From: Verrucomicrobiia bacterium
GTDB lineage: Bacteria > Verrucomicrobiota > Verrucomicrobiia > Limisphaerales > UBA1319
DNA length: 64,000 bases
Direction of reading: 5' to 3'
NCBI GenBank assembly: GCA_963664225.1
Contig: OY760937.1
Location: forward strand, 288,001-352,000
Shown: in pieces, positions 39,964-50,433 of the stretch
How positions within the stretch are numbered: the stretch's first letter is position 1
Layout of the letters: the number at the start of each line of letters is the position of its first letter
Notes under the pieces: generated by a model
Seen by the model: the letters and a program-made list of their open reading frames with translations, nothing else
What the model was told of the DNA's origin: nothing
Databases searched by the model: none
Translations under genes and position numbers: made by a program

Positions 39964-41587
39964 TGATTTATTGGAAATAGCCGAGAAGGAACGCAAGGCT
40001 CGCAAGCCTGTGGTCATCAACTGCTGCGTTGCGGCCGGTTGCGCCTCTTCGGGATCCCAGGCCGTCAAAGAGGGTCTGGAAAAGGCGGTTAAAGACGGCA
40101 AATTGGAGGACAAGGTCGAGATTCGTGGAGTGGGTTGCATGCGGCTCTGTTGTCAGGGGCCCCTGGTTGAAATCTCGCCCAAAGGTGAACTGTTCCAGAA
40201 GGTCACCCCCCAGCAGGCCACTTCGGTCGTCGGCACGCTCAATGGTGGAAAAACCGATGCGATGAAGGGCAACCTCCAGCATCCGTTCTTTACCAAGCAG
40301 ATGTCCATTGTGCTGGAGAACAGCGGCCGGATCGATCCTGAGCGGATTGAGGCCTATATCGCCGAGGAGGGTTATCAAGCCCTTCACCATGCCCTTTTTG
40401 AGATGAAGCCCAACGACGTGGTGGATACCATGATCAAGAGCGGGCTGCGGGGGCGGGGCGGCGCGGGTTATCCCACCGGTTTGAAGTGGGCGACGGTTGC
40501 GAAAACCCAAAACGAGCGCAAATACGTGGTTTGCAACGCGGACGAGGGAGATCCCGGAGCGTTCATGGACCGCAGTGTTCTCGAGAGCGATCCGCATCGT
40601 GTGCTCGAGGGCATGGCCATCGCCGCTTACGCGGTCGGGGCTTCCCAGGGCTATATCTATGTGCGCGCGGAGTATCCGCTGGCGATCACGCGGTTGCAAA
40701 CGGCAATCCGGCAGGCCAAGCAGATGGGTTTGCTGGGCATGGGCATTTTCGAATCTCCATTCAATTTCAATATCGACATTCGCATTGGCGCGGGCGCGTT
40801 CGTTTGCGGCGAGGAAACCGCACTGATGGCTTCAGTCGAGGGCAAGCGCGGGACGCCGCGGCCCCGTCCTCCATTCCCGGCCGAGAGCGGTCTTTGGGGT
40901 TTCCCCACCTTGATCAACAACGTGGAGACCTTTGCCAACATCGGTCCCATCGTTCGCAAGGGGGCGGAATGGTTTGCCTCCATTGGCACCGAAAAGAGCA
41001 AGGGGACCAAGGTGTTCGCCCTGGCGGGCAAGATTGAAAACACCGGCCTGATCGAAGTGCCCATGGGCACGACGCTGCGGCAGATCGTCGAGGAAATGGG
41101 CGGCGGCGATGAAAATGTGAAGGCCGTGCAGACGGGCGGTCCCTCCGGCGGTTGCATTCCGGCGGCGGCGCTGGATACCCCGGTCGATTACGATTCCCTG
41201 ATGAAAGTGGGATCGATCATGGGTTCGGGCGGCATGATCGTCATGGACCAGGAGACGAACATGGTGGACGTGGCCAAGTTCTTCATGGAATTTTGCAAGG
41301 ACGAGTCCTGCGGCAAATGCATTCCCTGCCGCACGGGCACGGTGCAAATGCACCATCTGCTCGAGAAAATTCTGGGGCGCAAAGCCACACAGAAGGACAT
41401 CGACAAGCTCGAAGAGTTGTGCGATGTGGTCAAAAACACCAGCCTCTGCGGCCTGGGCCAGACGGCCCCCAATCCTGTCTTGAGCACCTTGCGCTTTTTC
41501 CGGCATGAATATCTGGAGTTGCTGCGCGCTTCAGTGGATGAGGCTCCCGCAAAACCCAATCCACCCGCCAATCCCGTAACGGCCTAA
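39953..41587 (+). CDS. hoxF: Bidirectional hydrogenase diaphorase subunit HoxF (NuoF-like)
   Basis: [45 protein letters not shown]. Confidence 0.93.
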   Translation: MVLNDLLEIAEKERKARKPVVINCCVAAGCASSGSQAVKEGLEKAVKDGKLEDKVEIRGVGCMRLCCQGPLVEISPKGELFQKVTPQQATSVVGTLNGGKTDAMKGNLQHPFFTKQMSIVLENSGRIDPERIEAYIAEEGYQALHHALFEMKPNDVVDTMIKSGLRGRGGAGYPTGLKWATVAKTQNERKYVVCNADEGDPGAFMDRSVLESDPHRVLEGMAIAAYAVGASQGYIYVRAEYPLAITRLQTAIRQAKQMGLLGMGIFESPFNFNIDIRIGAGAFVCGEETALMASVEGKRGTPRPRPPFPAESGLWGFPTLINNVETFANIGPIVRKGAEWFASIGTEKSKGTKVFALAGKIENTGLIEVPMGTTLRQIVEEMGGGDENVKAVQTGGPSGGCIPAAALDTPVDYDSLMKVGSIMGSGGMIVMDQETNMVDVAKFFMEFCKDESCGKCIPCRTGTVQMHHLLEKILGRKATQKDIDKLEELCDVVKNTSLCGLGQTAPNPVLSTLRFFRHEYLELLRASVDEAPAKPNPPANPVTA

Positions 41588-41628
41588 ACAGAGACACCAG
41601 CGACCCCTGCGACTAGAAGGCATATCAC

Positions 41629-42345
41629 ATGGCTGTAAAAACTTTAACGATTGACGGACAACAAGTCAGCGCCTCGGACGACCAAACGGTGCTTCAGGCG
41701 GCAACGGACGCGGGCATCAACATTCCCACGCTCTGCCATTTGGACGGATTGTCGGACATTGGCGCCTGCCGTTTGTGTCTGGTGGAGGTGGTGGGCCTGA
41801 ACCGTCTGCTGCCGGCGTGCGTTTTGAAGGTGGCCGAGGGCATGGAGGTAAAAACCCAGACCGACCGCCTCAAGAAATACCGCAGACAGATTCTGGAACT
41901 GCTCTTTGCTGAGCGAAATCACGTCTGCTCGGTCTGCGTGTCCAACTGCCATTGCGAACTGCAGGACATGGCCATTAACCTGGGCATGGATCATGTGCGT
42001 TACGATTACCAGTTCAACGCCTTTGAAATGGACATCACGCACCGGTTGTTTGGTCTGGACCACAACCGCTGCATCCTGTGCGCCCGCTGTGTGCGTGTGT
42101 GCAGTGAGGTCGAGGGAGCCCATACCTGGGACATCTCGGGCCGCGGCGCCAATGCGCGGGTCATTACCGATTTACAGCAGCCCTGGGGCGAGGCTGAGAG
42201 TTGCACTTCCTGCGGCAAGTGCGTTCAAGGGTGCCCAACCGGCGCATTATTCATGCAGGGCGCCACTGTCGGAGAAATGGAGCGCGACCGCACGCGCCTG
42301 GAATTTATCGTAACCGCACGGGAGAAGAAACAATGGATCGTTTAA
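41629..42345 (+). CDS. hoxU: Bidirectional hydrogenase subunit HoxU
   Basis: [43 protein letters not shown]. Confidence 0.93.
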   Translation: MAVKTLTIDGQQVSASDDQTVLQAATDAGINIPTLCHLDGLSDIGACRLCLVEVVGLNRLLPACVLKVAEGMEVKTQTDRLKKYRRQILELLFAERNHVCSVCVSNCHCELQDMAINLGMDHVRYDYQFNAFEMDITHRLFGLDHNRCILCARCVRVCSEVEGAHTWDISGRGANARVITDLQQPWGEAESCTSCGKCVQGCPTGALFMQGATVGEMERDRTRLEFIVTAREKKQWIV

Positions 42346-42875
42346 GAATCGCCACAGCGTGGCTCGGCGGCTGTTCGGGCTGCCACATGTCTTTTTTGGA
42401 CCTCGACGAATGGCTCGTGGATCTGGCTGGCAAGGTCCAGTTGGTCTATAGCCCGATCATGGACATCAAGGTCTATCCGGAGAATGTCGATGTGGCGCTG
42501 GTCGAGGGAGCCATTGCCAACGAGGATCACATGGAGATGATCCATCGCATTCGCCGCAACACCAAGGTGCTCGTTTCCTTTGGCGATTGCGCCGTGACCG
42601 GCAATGTGACCGCCATGCGCAACGGTTTGGGCACGCCCGAATCCTGCCTGCAAAGGGCTTATCTGGAAGGGGCCGACATAGCGGCCCAGATACCCCAGGA
42701 AGCGGGGATTGTGCCGGTGCTTCTGGACCAGGTGCGTCCCATCCATGAAGTGGTGCCGGTGGATCTTTACCTGCCCGGTTGTCCGCCTCCCGCGGACCGG
42801 ATTCGTAAAATATTCGAGCAGTTGCTTGCCGGGGGGGAGATTGGGTTGACCGGCAGGGATATCAAATTCGGTTAA
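42333..42875 (+). CDS. hoxY: [NiFe] hydrogenase small subunit HoxY
   Basis: [24 protein letters not shown] 42333 overlaps the hoxU end. Confidence 0.93.
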   Translation: MDRLRIATAWLGGCSGCHMSFLDLDEWLVDLAGKVQLVYSPIMDIKVYPENVDVALVEGAIANEDHMEMIHRIRRNTKVLVSFGDCAVTGNVTAMRNGLGTPESCLQRAYLEGADIAAQIPQEAGIVPVLLDQVRPIHEVVPVDLYLPGCPPPADRIRKIFEQLLAGGEIGLTGRDIKFG

Positions 42876-42970
42876 GACGTTATTATTGATTTTCTGGCGG
42901 CCTGTTTTCCGTGGGGATTTGACGTCGCGGATTTTAGAAACAGGGCTGGAGCAAGTATCAGGTAAAATTT

Positions 42971-44395
42971 ATGGCGCAGAGGATTGTTATTGATCCAGTG
43001 ACCCGGATTGAAGGGCACGCGAAGATCACCATTCATTTAGACGATGAAGGCAACGTGAGCGATGCCCGTTTTCACGTCACGGAGTTTCGCGGTTTCGAGC
43101 GATTCTGTGAAGGGCGTCCCTTGTGGGAAATGGCGGCGATCACCGCGCGGGTGTGCGGGATTTGCCCGGTCAGCCATTTGCTGGCCTCGGCCAAGGCGGG
43201 AGATCAGATTCTCGCGGTCACCATTCCGCCCGCGGCGGAGAAGTTGCGCCAGCTCATGAACCTGGGCCAGATCGTCCAGTCCCATGCCCTGAGCTTCTTC
43301 CATCTCAGCGCGCCGGATTTGCTGCTGGGCATGGATTGCGAACCGGCCAAACGCAACGTGATTGGCCTGATCATGGCGGATCCCGCGCTGGCCCGCAGCG
43401 GCATTCGTCTGCGTCAATTCGGCCAGGAGATCATCCAGATTCTTGGCGGCTCCAAAATTCATCCTGCCTGGGCCGTGCCTGGCGGTGTGCGTTCAGGTCT
43501 TTCCAAAGAGGGTCGTGACCACATTCTCGAGCGGTTGCCCGAAGCCAAGACCACGGCGGCCAACGCGCTGGCGATTTTCAAGAAGCTCCTGAAGAAATAC
43601 AAACGGGAAGCCCAGATTTTTGGCAATTTCCCGACGCTCTTCATGGGGTTGGTCGGGCCGGATGGCGAATGGGAACATCACATTGGCAAACTGCGCTTCT
43701 CAGACGCCGCAGGCAACGTGATCGACGATCAAATCGAGGCCTCCCGCTACCAGGAGGTGATTGGTGAAGCCTCTGAGTCGTTCTCTTATCTCAAGTCGCC
43801 CTATTATAAGCCCCTGGGTTATCCGGATGGCATTTACCGTGTGGGACCGCTGGCCCGCCTCAATGTGTGCAGCAAGTTCGGCACGCCGCAGGCGGATGCG
43901 GAACTGGCCATTTTCCGCGGGATGAGCGATGGCGCGGTGACCAGTTCGTTCATGTATCATTACGCCCGATTGATCGAAATCATCGGATCCCTGGAGCGCA
44001 TCGAGCAATTTCTGGGAGATTCCGACCTGATGTCCGACCGTTTGCGCGCGGACGCGGGCATCAACAAGCTCGAGGGTGTGGGCGTGAGCGAAGCTCCGCG
44101 TGGCACGTTGTTCCACCACTATCAGGTGGACGAAACGGGCCTCATCAAGAAGGTGAACCTCGTCATTGCCACCGGCCAAAATAATCTGGCCATGAACCGC
44201 ACCGTGGCGCAGATCGCCAGGCACTACATTCATGGCCCGGAAATCCCCGAGGGAATGCTCAATCGCGTCGAGGCGGGTATTCGCGCCTTCGATCCGTGCC
44301 TGAGCTGTTCCACCCATCAGGCGGGACGCATGCCCATGGAAATCGAGCTCTGCAACGTGCAGGGTGAGATCGTGGACCGCGTCGCCAGGTCGTAA
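42971..44395 (+). CDS. hoxH: [NiFe] hydrogenase large subunit HoxH
   Basis: TRIEGH, L1 motif [11 protein letters not shown]2 motif DPCLSCSTH with a cleavable C-terminal extension. Confidence 0.95.
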   Translation: MAQRIVIDPVTRIEGHAKITIHLDDEGNVSDARFHVTEFRGFERFCEGRPLWEMAAITARVCGICPVSHLLASAKAGDQILAVTIPPAAEKLRQLMNLGQIVQSHALSFFHLSAPDLLLGMDCEPAKRNVIGLIMADPALARSGIRLRQFGQEIIQILGGSKIHPAWAVPGGVRSGLSKEGRDHILERLPEAKTTAANALAIFKKLLKKYKREAQIFGNFPTLFMGLVGPDGEWEHHIGKLRFSDAAGNVIDDQIEASRYQEVIGEASESFSYLKSPYYKPLGYPDGIYRVGPLARLNVCSKFGTPQADAELAIFRGMSDGAVTSSFMYHYARLIEIIGSLERIEQFLGDSDLMSDRLRADAGINKLEGVGVSEAPRGTLFHHYQVDETGLIKKVNLVIATGQNNLAMNRTVAQIARHYIHGPEIPEGMLNRVEAGIRAFDPCLSCSTHQAGRMPMEIELCNVQGEIVDRVARS

Positions 44396-44418
44396 AAAGA
44401 CTGTTTTCCCGACGGCGC

Positions 44419-44865
44419 ATGAGCGCTCGCGCAATTCTTATTGTTGGTTACGGCAATGAATTGCGCGGGGATGACGGCCTGGGTCCGCGCCTGGCCCGCG
44501 AAATTCGCGCCCTGAATCTACCCGATGTTCACTGCATCGAGGCGCATCAATTGCTGCCCGAGCTGGCTCTGGACCTGGCTGCGCACGATGCCGTTTTGTT
44601 TGTCGATGCGATTCAAATCAACGCGGACGCGCCGGTTCAATCGACCCCATTGACCCCTGCCGCCGCATTCACCGGTCCGCATGTCAGCGATCCCGCGGGG
44701 CTGCTGGCGTTGACACGGGACCTGTATCAAAAATGCCCAACCGCCTGGCTGGTTGCCATCCCAGGCACCCAATTCAACTTCAGCGACTCCCTTTCTCCCC
44801 AAGCCGAAACAGCCCTGTCCCGTGCCATTGAAACGGTGAAAGCGTTGATTGCGTCGTTACGCTGA
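44419..44865 (+). CDS. hoxW: Hydrogenase maturation protease
   Basis: GYGNELRGDDGLG, HQLLPELA, FVDA; immediately follows hoxH. Confidence 0.85.
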   Translation: MSARAILIVGYGNELRGDDGLGPRLAREIRALNLPDVHCIEAHQLLPELALDLAAHDAVLFVDAIQINADAPVQSTPLTPAAAFTGPHVSDPAGLLALTRDLYQKCPTAWLVAIPGTQFNFSDSLSPQAETALSRAIETVKALIASLR

Positions 44866-45026
44866 CGCCTGACCCGGAGGGAGTAGGACAGGATGGGAAG
44901 TGGTGTGTTCGCAGATGGCGCGGAGTAATGCAGTTGGGGTGACCCGCCTGCCTGCACCCTCGCTGGAATTCCCTTGCAGGTATTCTTGACGCGGGCGGGG
45001 TGGAGGGGTATCGGTAACAGCATCAC

Positions 45027-46361
45027 ATGACCGATTACTTTATGAAAAACCCAATCATTACCCCCGATGGCTCTGCGCTCAGAACACGCCGCCAATTCAT
45101 CAAAACCTCCAGCGCCGCGGCAATGGCCGGTATTTTTGCCGCCAATTTGAGTTTTCCTGAAAAGACCTTCGCGGCCAATACGGACACGATCAAAATCGGT
45201 CTCGTTGGTTGCGGTGGACGCGGATCGGGCGCGGCGCTGAATGCGCTCATGGCGGATCCCAATGTCGTTTTGGTCGCGATGGGGGATGCGTTCGAGGATC
45301 GCTTGAAAAGCAGCCTGGCCAATTTGAAGGGCAACAAGGAGGCGGGCGCCCGGGTGCAGGTGGATCCGGACCATTGCTTTGTCGGTTTGGACGCCTACAA
45401 GAAGGTGTTGGACAGCGGAATCGACCTGATCATCCTCGCCACTCCTCCCGGTTTCCGGCCCATGCACCTCAAGGCCGCCGTGGAAGCGAATAAACACATT
45501 TTCACCGAAAAACCGATGGCCACCGATGCGGCGGGTGTGCGCTCGGTCATGGAGACGGTCAAGTTGGCCAAAGAGAAGAAACTGGCGATGGTGGCGGGTT
45601 TTTGCTGGCGCTATAACTACGGCGAACGCGCCGGTGTAAAACTGATTCACGAGGGGGCCATCGGCGATATTCGCGCCATTTATTCCACCTACAACACCGG
45701 CACCCTGTGGTGCTATCCGCGCAAAGAGGGTTGGACCGATTTGGAATCCCAGATGCGCAACTGGTATTATTTCACTTGGCTGGGCGGCGATCATCTCGTC
45801 GAACAGGCCGTGCACAGCGTCGATAAAATGATCTGGGCCATGAACGATGTGGCGCCCGTGCGCGCGGTGGCTCATGGTGGCCGCCAGGTCCGCACCGGTG
45901 CGGATTTCGGTCATATTTACGACCATTTCGAGGTGGTTTATGATTTCCCCAACGGCGCCAAGGGCTTCATGTTCTGCCGCCAGATGGATAATTGTTCCAA
46001 TGACAATTCGGACACCATCATGGGCACCAAAGGCGTGGCGCGCATCAACGGCTTCCGCAAGGGACCGGACATTCGCGGCGAGAAGAATTGGGATTTCGAA
46101 GGGCCGCGCCCGGACATGTATCAGGTCGAGCACAACGAGCTGTTTGCCTCGATTCGCGCCGGCAAGCCGAACTTCGACGGTGATTGGATGATCCAGACCA
46201 CGCTCATGGCGATCATGGGACGCATGGCCGCTTATACCGGCCAATCGATCACCTGGGAGGAGGCGCTCAATTCGAAGGAAAGCCTCATGCCTGAGTTGGA
46301 TTGGAACGCGAAAATCCCGACGCCAGCCGTGGCCATGCCCGGCAAATATCCGTTGATCTAA
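45027..46361 (+). CDS. Tat-exported Gfo/Idh/MocA oxidoreductase
   Basis: TRRQFIK signal, GLVGCGGRG, ATPPGFRP, EKP, EQAVHSVD. Confidence 0.9.
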   Translation: MTDYFMKNPIITPDGSALRTRRQFIKTSSAAAMAGIFAANLSFPEKTFAANTDTIKIGLVGCGGRGSGAALNALMADPNVVLVAMGDAFEDRLKSSLANLKGNKEAGARVQVDPDHCFVGLDAYKKVLDSGIDLIILATPPGFRPMHLKAAVEANKHIFTEKPMATDAAGVRSVMETVKLAKEKKLAMVAGFCWRYNYGERAGVKLIHEGAIGDIRAIYSTYNTGTLWCYPRKEGWTDLESQMRNWYYFTWLGGDHLVEQAVHSVDKMIWAMNDVAPVRAVAHGGRQVRTGADFGHIYDHFEVVYDFPNGAKGFMFCRQMDNCSNDNSDTIMGTKGVARINGFRKGPDIRGEKNWDFEGPRPDMYQVEHNELFASIRAGKPNFDGDWMIQTTLMAIMGRMAAYTGQSITWEEALNSKESLMPELDWNAKIPTPAVAMPGKYPLI

Positions 46362-46390
46362 TGCGTGTCATCGCCTGATTAAAAAAGCGT

Positions 46391-47323
46391 ATGAAACAAA
46401 CCAATCAAACCATTTGTCGGCGTGATTTTATCCGGTCTGGAAGCGTGGCGCTCGCGGCAGCGACGCTGGCTCCATTCGCGATGGATTCCGCCAGTCCCGC
46501 ATTGGCCCAAACCGCCAAAAAACGGACGCTTAAAAAAGCCATCCACCTGGGGATGATCTCCGGGGATCAATCAGTGCTGGATAAATTCAAACTGGCCAAG
46601 GACCTGGGCTTCGATGGCCTGGAGGTCAACGGCCCGAACGATCCGCAGAAGGCGGAGATCCTCAAGGCGTGCGAGGCGACGGGCCTGGAGATTGCCAGCG
46701 TGATGGATTCCGTGCACTGGGCTGACACACTGTCCGATCCCGATGCGGCGGTGCGCGCCCGCGGTCTTGAGGGATTGAAGAATTGCCTGAGGGATTGCAA
46801 GGCTTACGGCTGCTCCTCGGTGCTGCTGGTGCCTGGTGTTGTCAATAAAAATGTGAGTTACGACCAGGTCTATGAGCGCTCGCAAGCGGAGATTCGCAAG
46901 GCCGTGCCGCTGGCCGAGGAACTCGGAGTCCGGATCGCCATCGAAAACGTGTGGAATCAATTTCTGCTCAGCCCGATGGAAGCGGCCCGGTATGTCGATG
47001 ACTTCAAGAGCGCCGCGGTGGGCTGGCATTTCGATGTGGGCAACATCATCAATTACGGATGGCCGGAGCAATGGATTCACATTCTGGGAAAACGCATTGA
47101 GAAAATCCACGTCAAGGAATTCAGCCGCGCCAAACGCGACAAGGAAGGCCTGTGGAAGGGCTTTGGCGTTGAATTGCTCGAAGGCGACAACGACTGGCCG
47201 GCCGTCATGAAGGCGTTGGATGACGTGGGTTATCACGGCTGGATGATTGCCGAAATCGGTGGCGGAGGCGCGGAGCGTCTCAAGGACATCGCAGCGCGCA
47301 TGGATAAAATCAACGCGCTCTAA
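46391..47323 (+). CDS. Tat-exported sugar phosphate isomerase/epimerase (TIM barrel)
   Basis: CRRDFIR signal, GFDGLE, IENVWN, FDVGN, HVKEF. Confidence 0.88.
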   Translation: MKQTNQTICRRDFIRSGSVALAAATLAPFAMDSASPALAQTAKKRTLKKAIHLGMISGDQSVLDKFKLAKDLGFDGLEVNGPNDPQKAEILKACEATGLEIASVMDSVHWADTLSDPDAAVRARGLEGLKNCLRDCKAYGCSSVLLVPGVVNKNVSYDQVYERSQAEIRKAVPLAEELGVRIAIENVWNQFLLSPMEAARYVDDFKSAAVGWHFDVGNIINYGWPEQWIHILGKRIEKIHVKEFSRAKRDKEGLWKGFGVELLEGDNDWPAVMKALDDVGYHGWMIAEIGGGGAERLKDIAARMDKINAL

Positions 47324-47358
47324 GCCCCGGTTGCGTTTAACCACAATTCAACCTCCGC

Positions 47359-48921
47359 ATGGCGACTGACATTTCCGGCAGGAATGGAGCGGGCCTCATG
47401 CGGAGGTTTTTGCGTTTTGGTTTTTGGTGTTTTGTTTGCGTGGGGGTGGCGATCGTGGTTTTGGTGGCCGCGTTCTATCTTCTGATGCAGCGGGCGCCTT
47501 CGTCCTACTCATTGTCAAGCCGCCCAATCCCACCCCCCAGCGCGGAGCCGTCGAGGGCATTGGGTGGGGGACTGGACGGCTTCGGTTCGCCTTATATCGG
47601 GCACACCGGGAGCTGGGACGGCAAGGGTGGGGGATTCGGCGGGTCTTCGAAAAATTCATCCATGGATTGCGAACGGGACATGGGCCTGCGCTGGACCTTC
47701 ATGCCGGTCTATTGGCGCGCCTTGGAGCCGGAGGGGCCTGTGGATCCCGCTCAAAATACGCCCGCCGCATGGCAGGAGTTGGACTCCTTTGTCATTGCCG
47801 CTCACGCCCGTGGTTTGAATGTCCTCATGCAGGCGCCCGTGGTGGGCGGTAACGCGGGGGGACCCCCTCGCTGGGCCGGGCGCCGCGAACCGGGCAAGTC
47901 CGCGCCAACGAACATGGTCGCGCTGGCCGATTTTGCGGGCAAACTCGCGCATCGGTATGCCCCCGGGGGAACGCTGGCCCAAGCCCAGGGCTGGGGCACG
48001 CGTTACGGGGTACGGGCCTGGGAAATGGATAACGAGCCGGAAGGTTACTTTACCAGTTGGACCGGGCAGTCTGGGGATTATGCGGAATTTGTCACGCTCG
48101 CTGCCGCGCGAATCAAAGCCGAGGATCCGCAGGCGGTGATCGTCGCGCCGGGCATGGCCTCTGGAAAAAACGGCCCGCCATGGCTCGAGGCCGCGCTCGA
48201 TGCCCAATCCAGGAAGGGTTCGCCCGCGTATCGCGCCGCCGCACGCGAATACTCCATTGGCCCGGTACTGGACGTGATCAGCATTCACAATTACGAGGGC
48301 CTGGATTCGGCATTCGGCGACGGTTCGCGCACGATTGGCCGGATCTTCGATGAAGTGCGCGCGGTGGTCGGACACTGGGAAGAGAGTCATCCCGATGCCT
48401 CCCGCGCCCGCAAGGAGGAATACTGGCACACGGAGGGCAATTACGATTTCTTGGGCATCCTGTCCTCGAGTCGGCGCGCGGCCTGGCGGTTCCAATTTTT
48501 CACACGCGCCTTTGCCTGCGGCATTCGGAAGGTCTGCGTGATGGACGCTTCCCCGCTGGAACAAGTCGCGGTGAAGGCCTACGTATCCACTTTGCAAAAT
48601 CCGTTTCCAATGATTTCGGCAGATCGTGAGGTCACTGTCCTTCAGGGTCAGCCTGTAGCCTTCAGGCATAGTGACGGTCCGAGGCCCAACGATGGGCGGG
48701 TATGGGTGATTTGGGCTGCCGCCAATACAGGGGATGCCGAGGTGGAGATTCCCGTTGTGCGTCCGCGCGTGACGGTGATTTCGGTGGACGGCTCCCAACA
48801 GACACTCGAAGCCAGCGGTGGACGCGTGCAACTGAACCTCAAAGGCGATGCGAAAATGGCGCCGGGTGTTCTGGTGGTGGACAGGATTGGGAAAAGGGCG
48901 GAATGGATGATGGATAATTGA
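47359..48921 (+). CDS. Membrane-anchored putative clan-A glycoside hydrolase (GH39/GH5-like)
   Basis: N-terminal TM helix, WEMDNEPE, ISIHNY, WHTEG. Confidence 0.6.
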   Translation: MATDISGRNGAGLMRRFLRFGFWCFVCVGVAIVVLVAAFYLLMQRAPSSYSLSSRPIPPPSAEPSRALGGGLDGFGSPYIGHTGSWDGKGGGFGGSSKNSSMDCERDMGLRWTFMPVYWRALEPEGPVDPAQNTPAAWQELDSFVIAAHARGLNVLMQAPVVGGNAGGPPRWAGRREPGKSAPTNMVALADFAGKLAHRYAPGGTLAQAQGWGTRYGVRAWEMDNEPEGYFTSWTGQSGDYAEFVTLAAARIKAEDPQAVIVAPGMASGKNGPPWLEAALDAQSRKGSPAYRAAAREYSIGPVLDVISIHNYEGLDSAFGDGSRTIGRIFDEVRAVVGHWEESHPDASRARKEEYWHTEGNYDFLGILSSSRRAAWRFQFFTRAFACGIRKVCVMDASPLEQVAVKAYVSTLQNPFPMISADREVTVLQGQPVAFRHSDGPRPNDGRVWVIWAAANTGDAEVEIPVVRPRVTVISVDGSQQTLEASGGRVQLNLKGDAKMAPGVLVVDRIGKRAEWMMDN

Positions 48922-48950
48922 AAATGGATTTGCGAAATACGCAAAAAGGG
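48901..48950 (+). repeat. ~50-bp direct repeat, copy A
   Basis: gaatggatgatggataattgaaaatggatttgcgaaatacgcaaaaaggg; near-identical copy at 52260-52308. Confidence 0.75.
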
Positions 48951-49000
48951 TGCGTCGCTCCCAGAGAAATTCCGACGCTGCAGACGGTGAATCAAATTCG

Positions 49001-49159
49001 CATCCGGCATTGCAGCACGATCCGAATAGGCCCGAGGACGTGCTGAAGGTCGATGTGGACGAAGACGGCAACGGCGGTGATGATACGGCCGATGCGCTAC
49101 GATACCTGATTGCGAGCAAGGGGAGGGCGATGGCGGTCAGGAAACTGATAGGGGTGTGA
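49001..49159 (+). pseudogene. C-terminal remnant of a phage terminase large subunit
   Basis: PALQHDPNRPEDVLKVD...GGDDTADALRYL resembles the terminase nuclease DxxxDAxRY motif; no N-terminal part upstream. Confidence 0.6.
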
Positions 49160-49256
49160 TCAATGCAAAGGTCGGCGAATGGAGGCTGCCGATGATGTTC
49201 GATTTGTTTCCTGCGCTGAACGGCTGGCTCCCGTTCGCTGGACCGTATGGTTCGGC
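49158..49256 (-). other. Degenerate attC site of cassette 2
   Basis: GCCGAAC-5nt-GGTCCAGCGAACGGGAG...CTCCATTCGCCGACC-5nt-ATTGATC; the R' GTT reads ATT. Confidence 0.6.
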
Positions 49257-49627
49257 CCTGTCTTGTGCTTCCAGAACTTGAAGCATCTCCAGTAGAATAT
49301 CTCGTTGTCGATCTTCACGCCCCACCAGTATGGTTTCAATTCGCAGATTGTCACGGGCAGATTATCATTCCTCGGACTAGTCGCCAGAACCCATGTGCGG
49401 TTTGTACGGTAAAAACTGCCGATGAAGTCACGGTACGATTCATCCTCGATTACAAGATCCAAGCTACCATGGGAAAAGTCCCAGCAGACATGGCCAATAG
49501 CCCCTACGCGGCCATCGTCTTCGTAGCGACCCACCGGTGACGGTGGTCCAAGCAACAACGCCAGCAGCGTGGCCGCAGCCAGTGACAGGGCTACGGCAAA
49601 TTTAACACGTTTGCGGTCTGAATACAC
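49160..49627 (-). CDS. Cassette-borne hypothetical exported/membrane protein (reads through its attC)
   Basis: GTG start lies 15 bp after GTTAGGC; N-terminal hydrophobic helix; the last ~30 codons are attC sequence. Confidence 0.6.
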   Translation of the reverse strand: MYSDRKRVKFAVALSLAAATLLALLLGPPSPVGRYEDDGRVGAIGHVCWDFSHGSLDLVIEDESYRDFIGSFYRTNRTWVLATSPRNDNLPVTICELKPYWWGVKIDNEIFYWRCFKFWKHKTGPNHTVQRTGASRSAQETNRTSSAASIRRPLH

Positions 49628-49642
49628 AGGTTGTGCGAATGC

Positions 49643-49740
49643 GCCTAACGCCAGAACTCACACACGCCGGGCCAATGACGTGAACCGGGAAGCGGAACTG
49701 CGACGGCCATCCGGCGTTGTGTGCAGTGATTTAGTTATGT
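49643..49740 (-). other. attC site of cassette 1
   Basis: R'' ACATAAC overlaps the stop codon. CT[G]CACAC[A]ACGCCGG pairs with CCGGCGTGTGTGAG, leaving two extrahelical bases. R' is GTTAGGC; length 98 bp. Confidence 0.85.
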
Positions 49741-50184
49741 CTTGTCCCCATTTGAAAAATAAACGTCCCACCAAACTCCAATGCCGAGTTTTCCAAGACT
49801 AAGCATCTGCTGCGGGTTCAAACAGGGACCACCCTGTCCGCTGGATAGCCAGTATGAAGTGATGTCGATTTTGCAGCCGCGGCGGTGAATCTCCTCAACC
49901 CCTGCGGTCCTTCCTTCCAGCGAAGTTGCGATCATGTCAATGTGGCGGCGCGTATCCTTCGAGTCGCATAAATTCTTTGTGGTGTTAAACCACCCATTGG
50001 CTTTTCGGCGGAGTCGTCCCTGAAAATGGCTCTCTCCCTTCCGAAAACTGTCCGTTGGTTCGATCTGCAAAAGTTTGGTGATCTCCTCTGGGGCAAGATC
50101 GTCTGAAAATACTCGAAGTGTCGAATATGTCTCGATACACGTCGGATACGAATCGTCGTAGTCAGTGTGATGCGCTTCAGACAT
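49735..50184 (-). CDS. DUF4279-like protein, gene cassette 1
   Basis: LAPEEITKLLQIEPT..RKGE and LGKLGIGVWWDVY; the ATG lies within the GTTATGT core site. Confidence 0.75.
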   Translation of the reverse strand: MSEAHHTDYDDSYPTCIETYSTLRVFSDDLAPEEITKLLQIEPTDSFRKGESHFQGRLRRKANGWFNTTKNLCDSKDTRRHIDMIATSLEGRTAGVEEIHRRGCKIDITSYWLSSGQGGPCLNPQQMLSLGKLGIGVWWDVYFSNGDKT

Positions 50185-50325
50185 AACTTTGATAATGCGA
50201 CCAGCAGTCCGTAGCTTGGACCGGTCTGAACCCATTCTTAATTCGTCGCATATACGGGGTTTAAACCCTTTACCACTGCTGGTCAACATCAGAGGTTCGC
50301 CCCCGCTGCCTGGCCGGTGCGACAG
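50181..50325 (-). promoter_or_regulatory. Pc-like promoter + attI-like site, copy 1
   Basis: TTGACC(50286-50281)-17 bp-TAAACC(50263-50258); ends GGTCGCATTATCAAAG/TTATGT. Confidence 0.7.
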
Positions 50326-50433
50326 CGTGAGAAAAGGCTGAGAGCTGAGGGCAGAGGGCAGTAGTCAGGCCAACACGCCATTTCCAATGGCATGGGCACG
50401 AGATTAATGACTCCATGAGGGAGTGATGTTGTT

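Noticed and set aside
44727..49119. Long antisense ORFs (44727-46244, 47656-49119; similarly 13952-14905, 29459-30556, 33002-33988)
   Set aside because: They mirror well-supported genes on the opposite strand, which is typical of GC-rich shadow ORFs.
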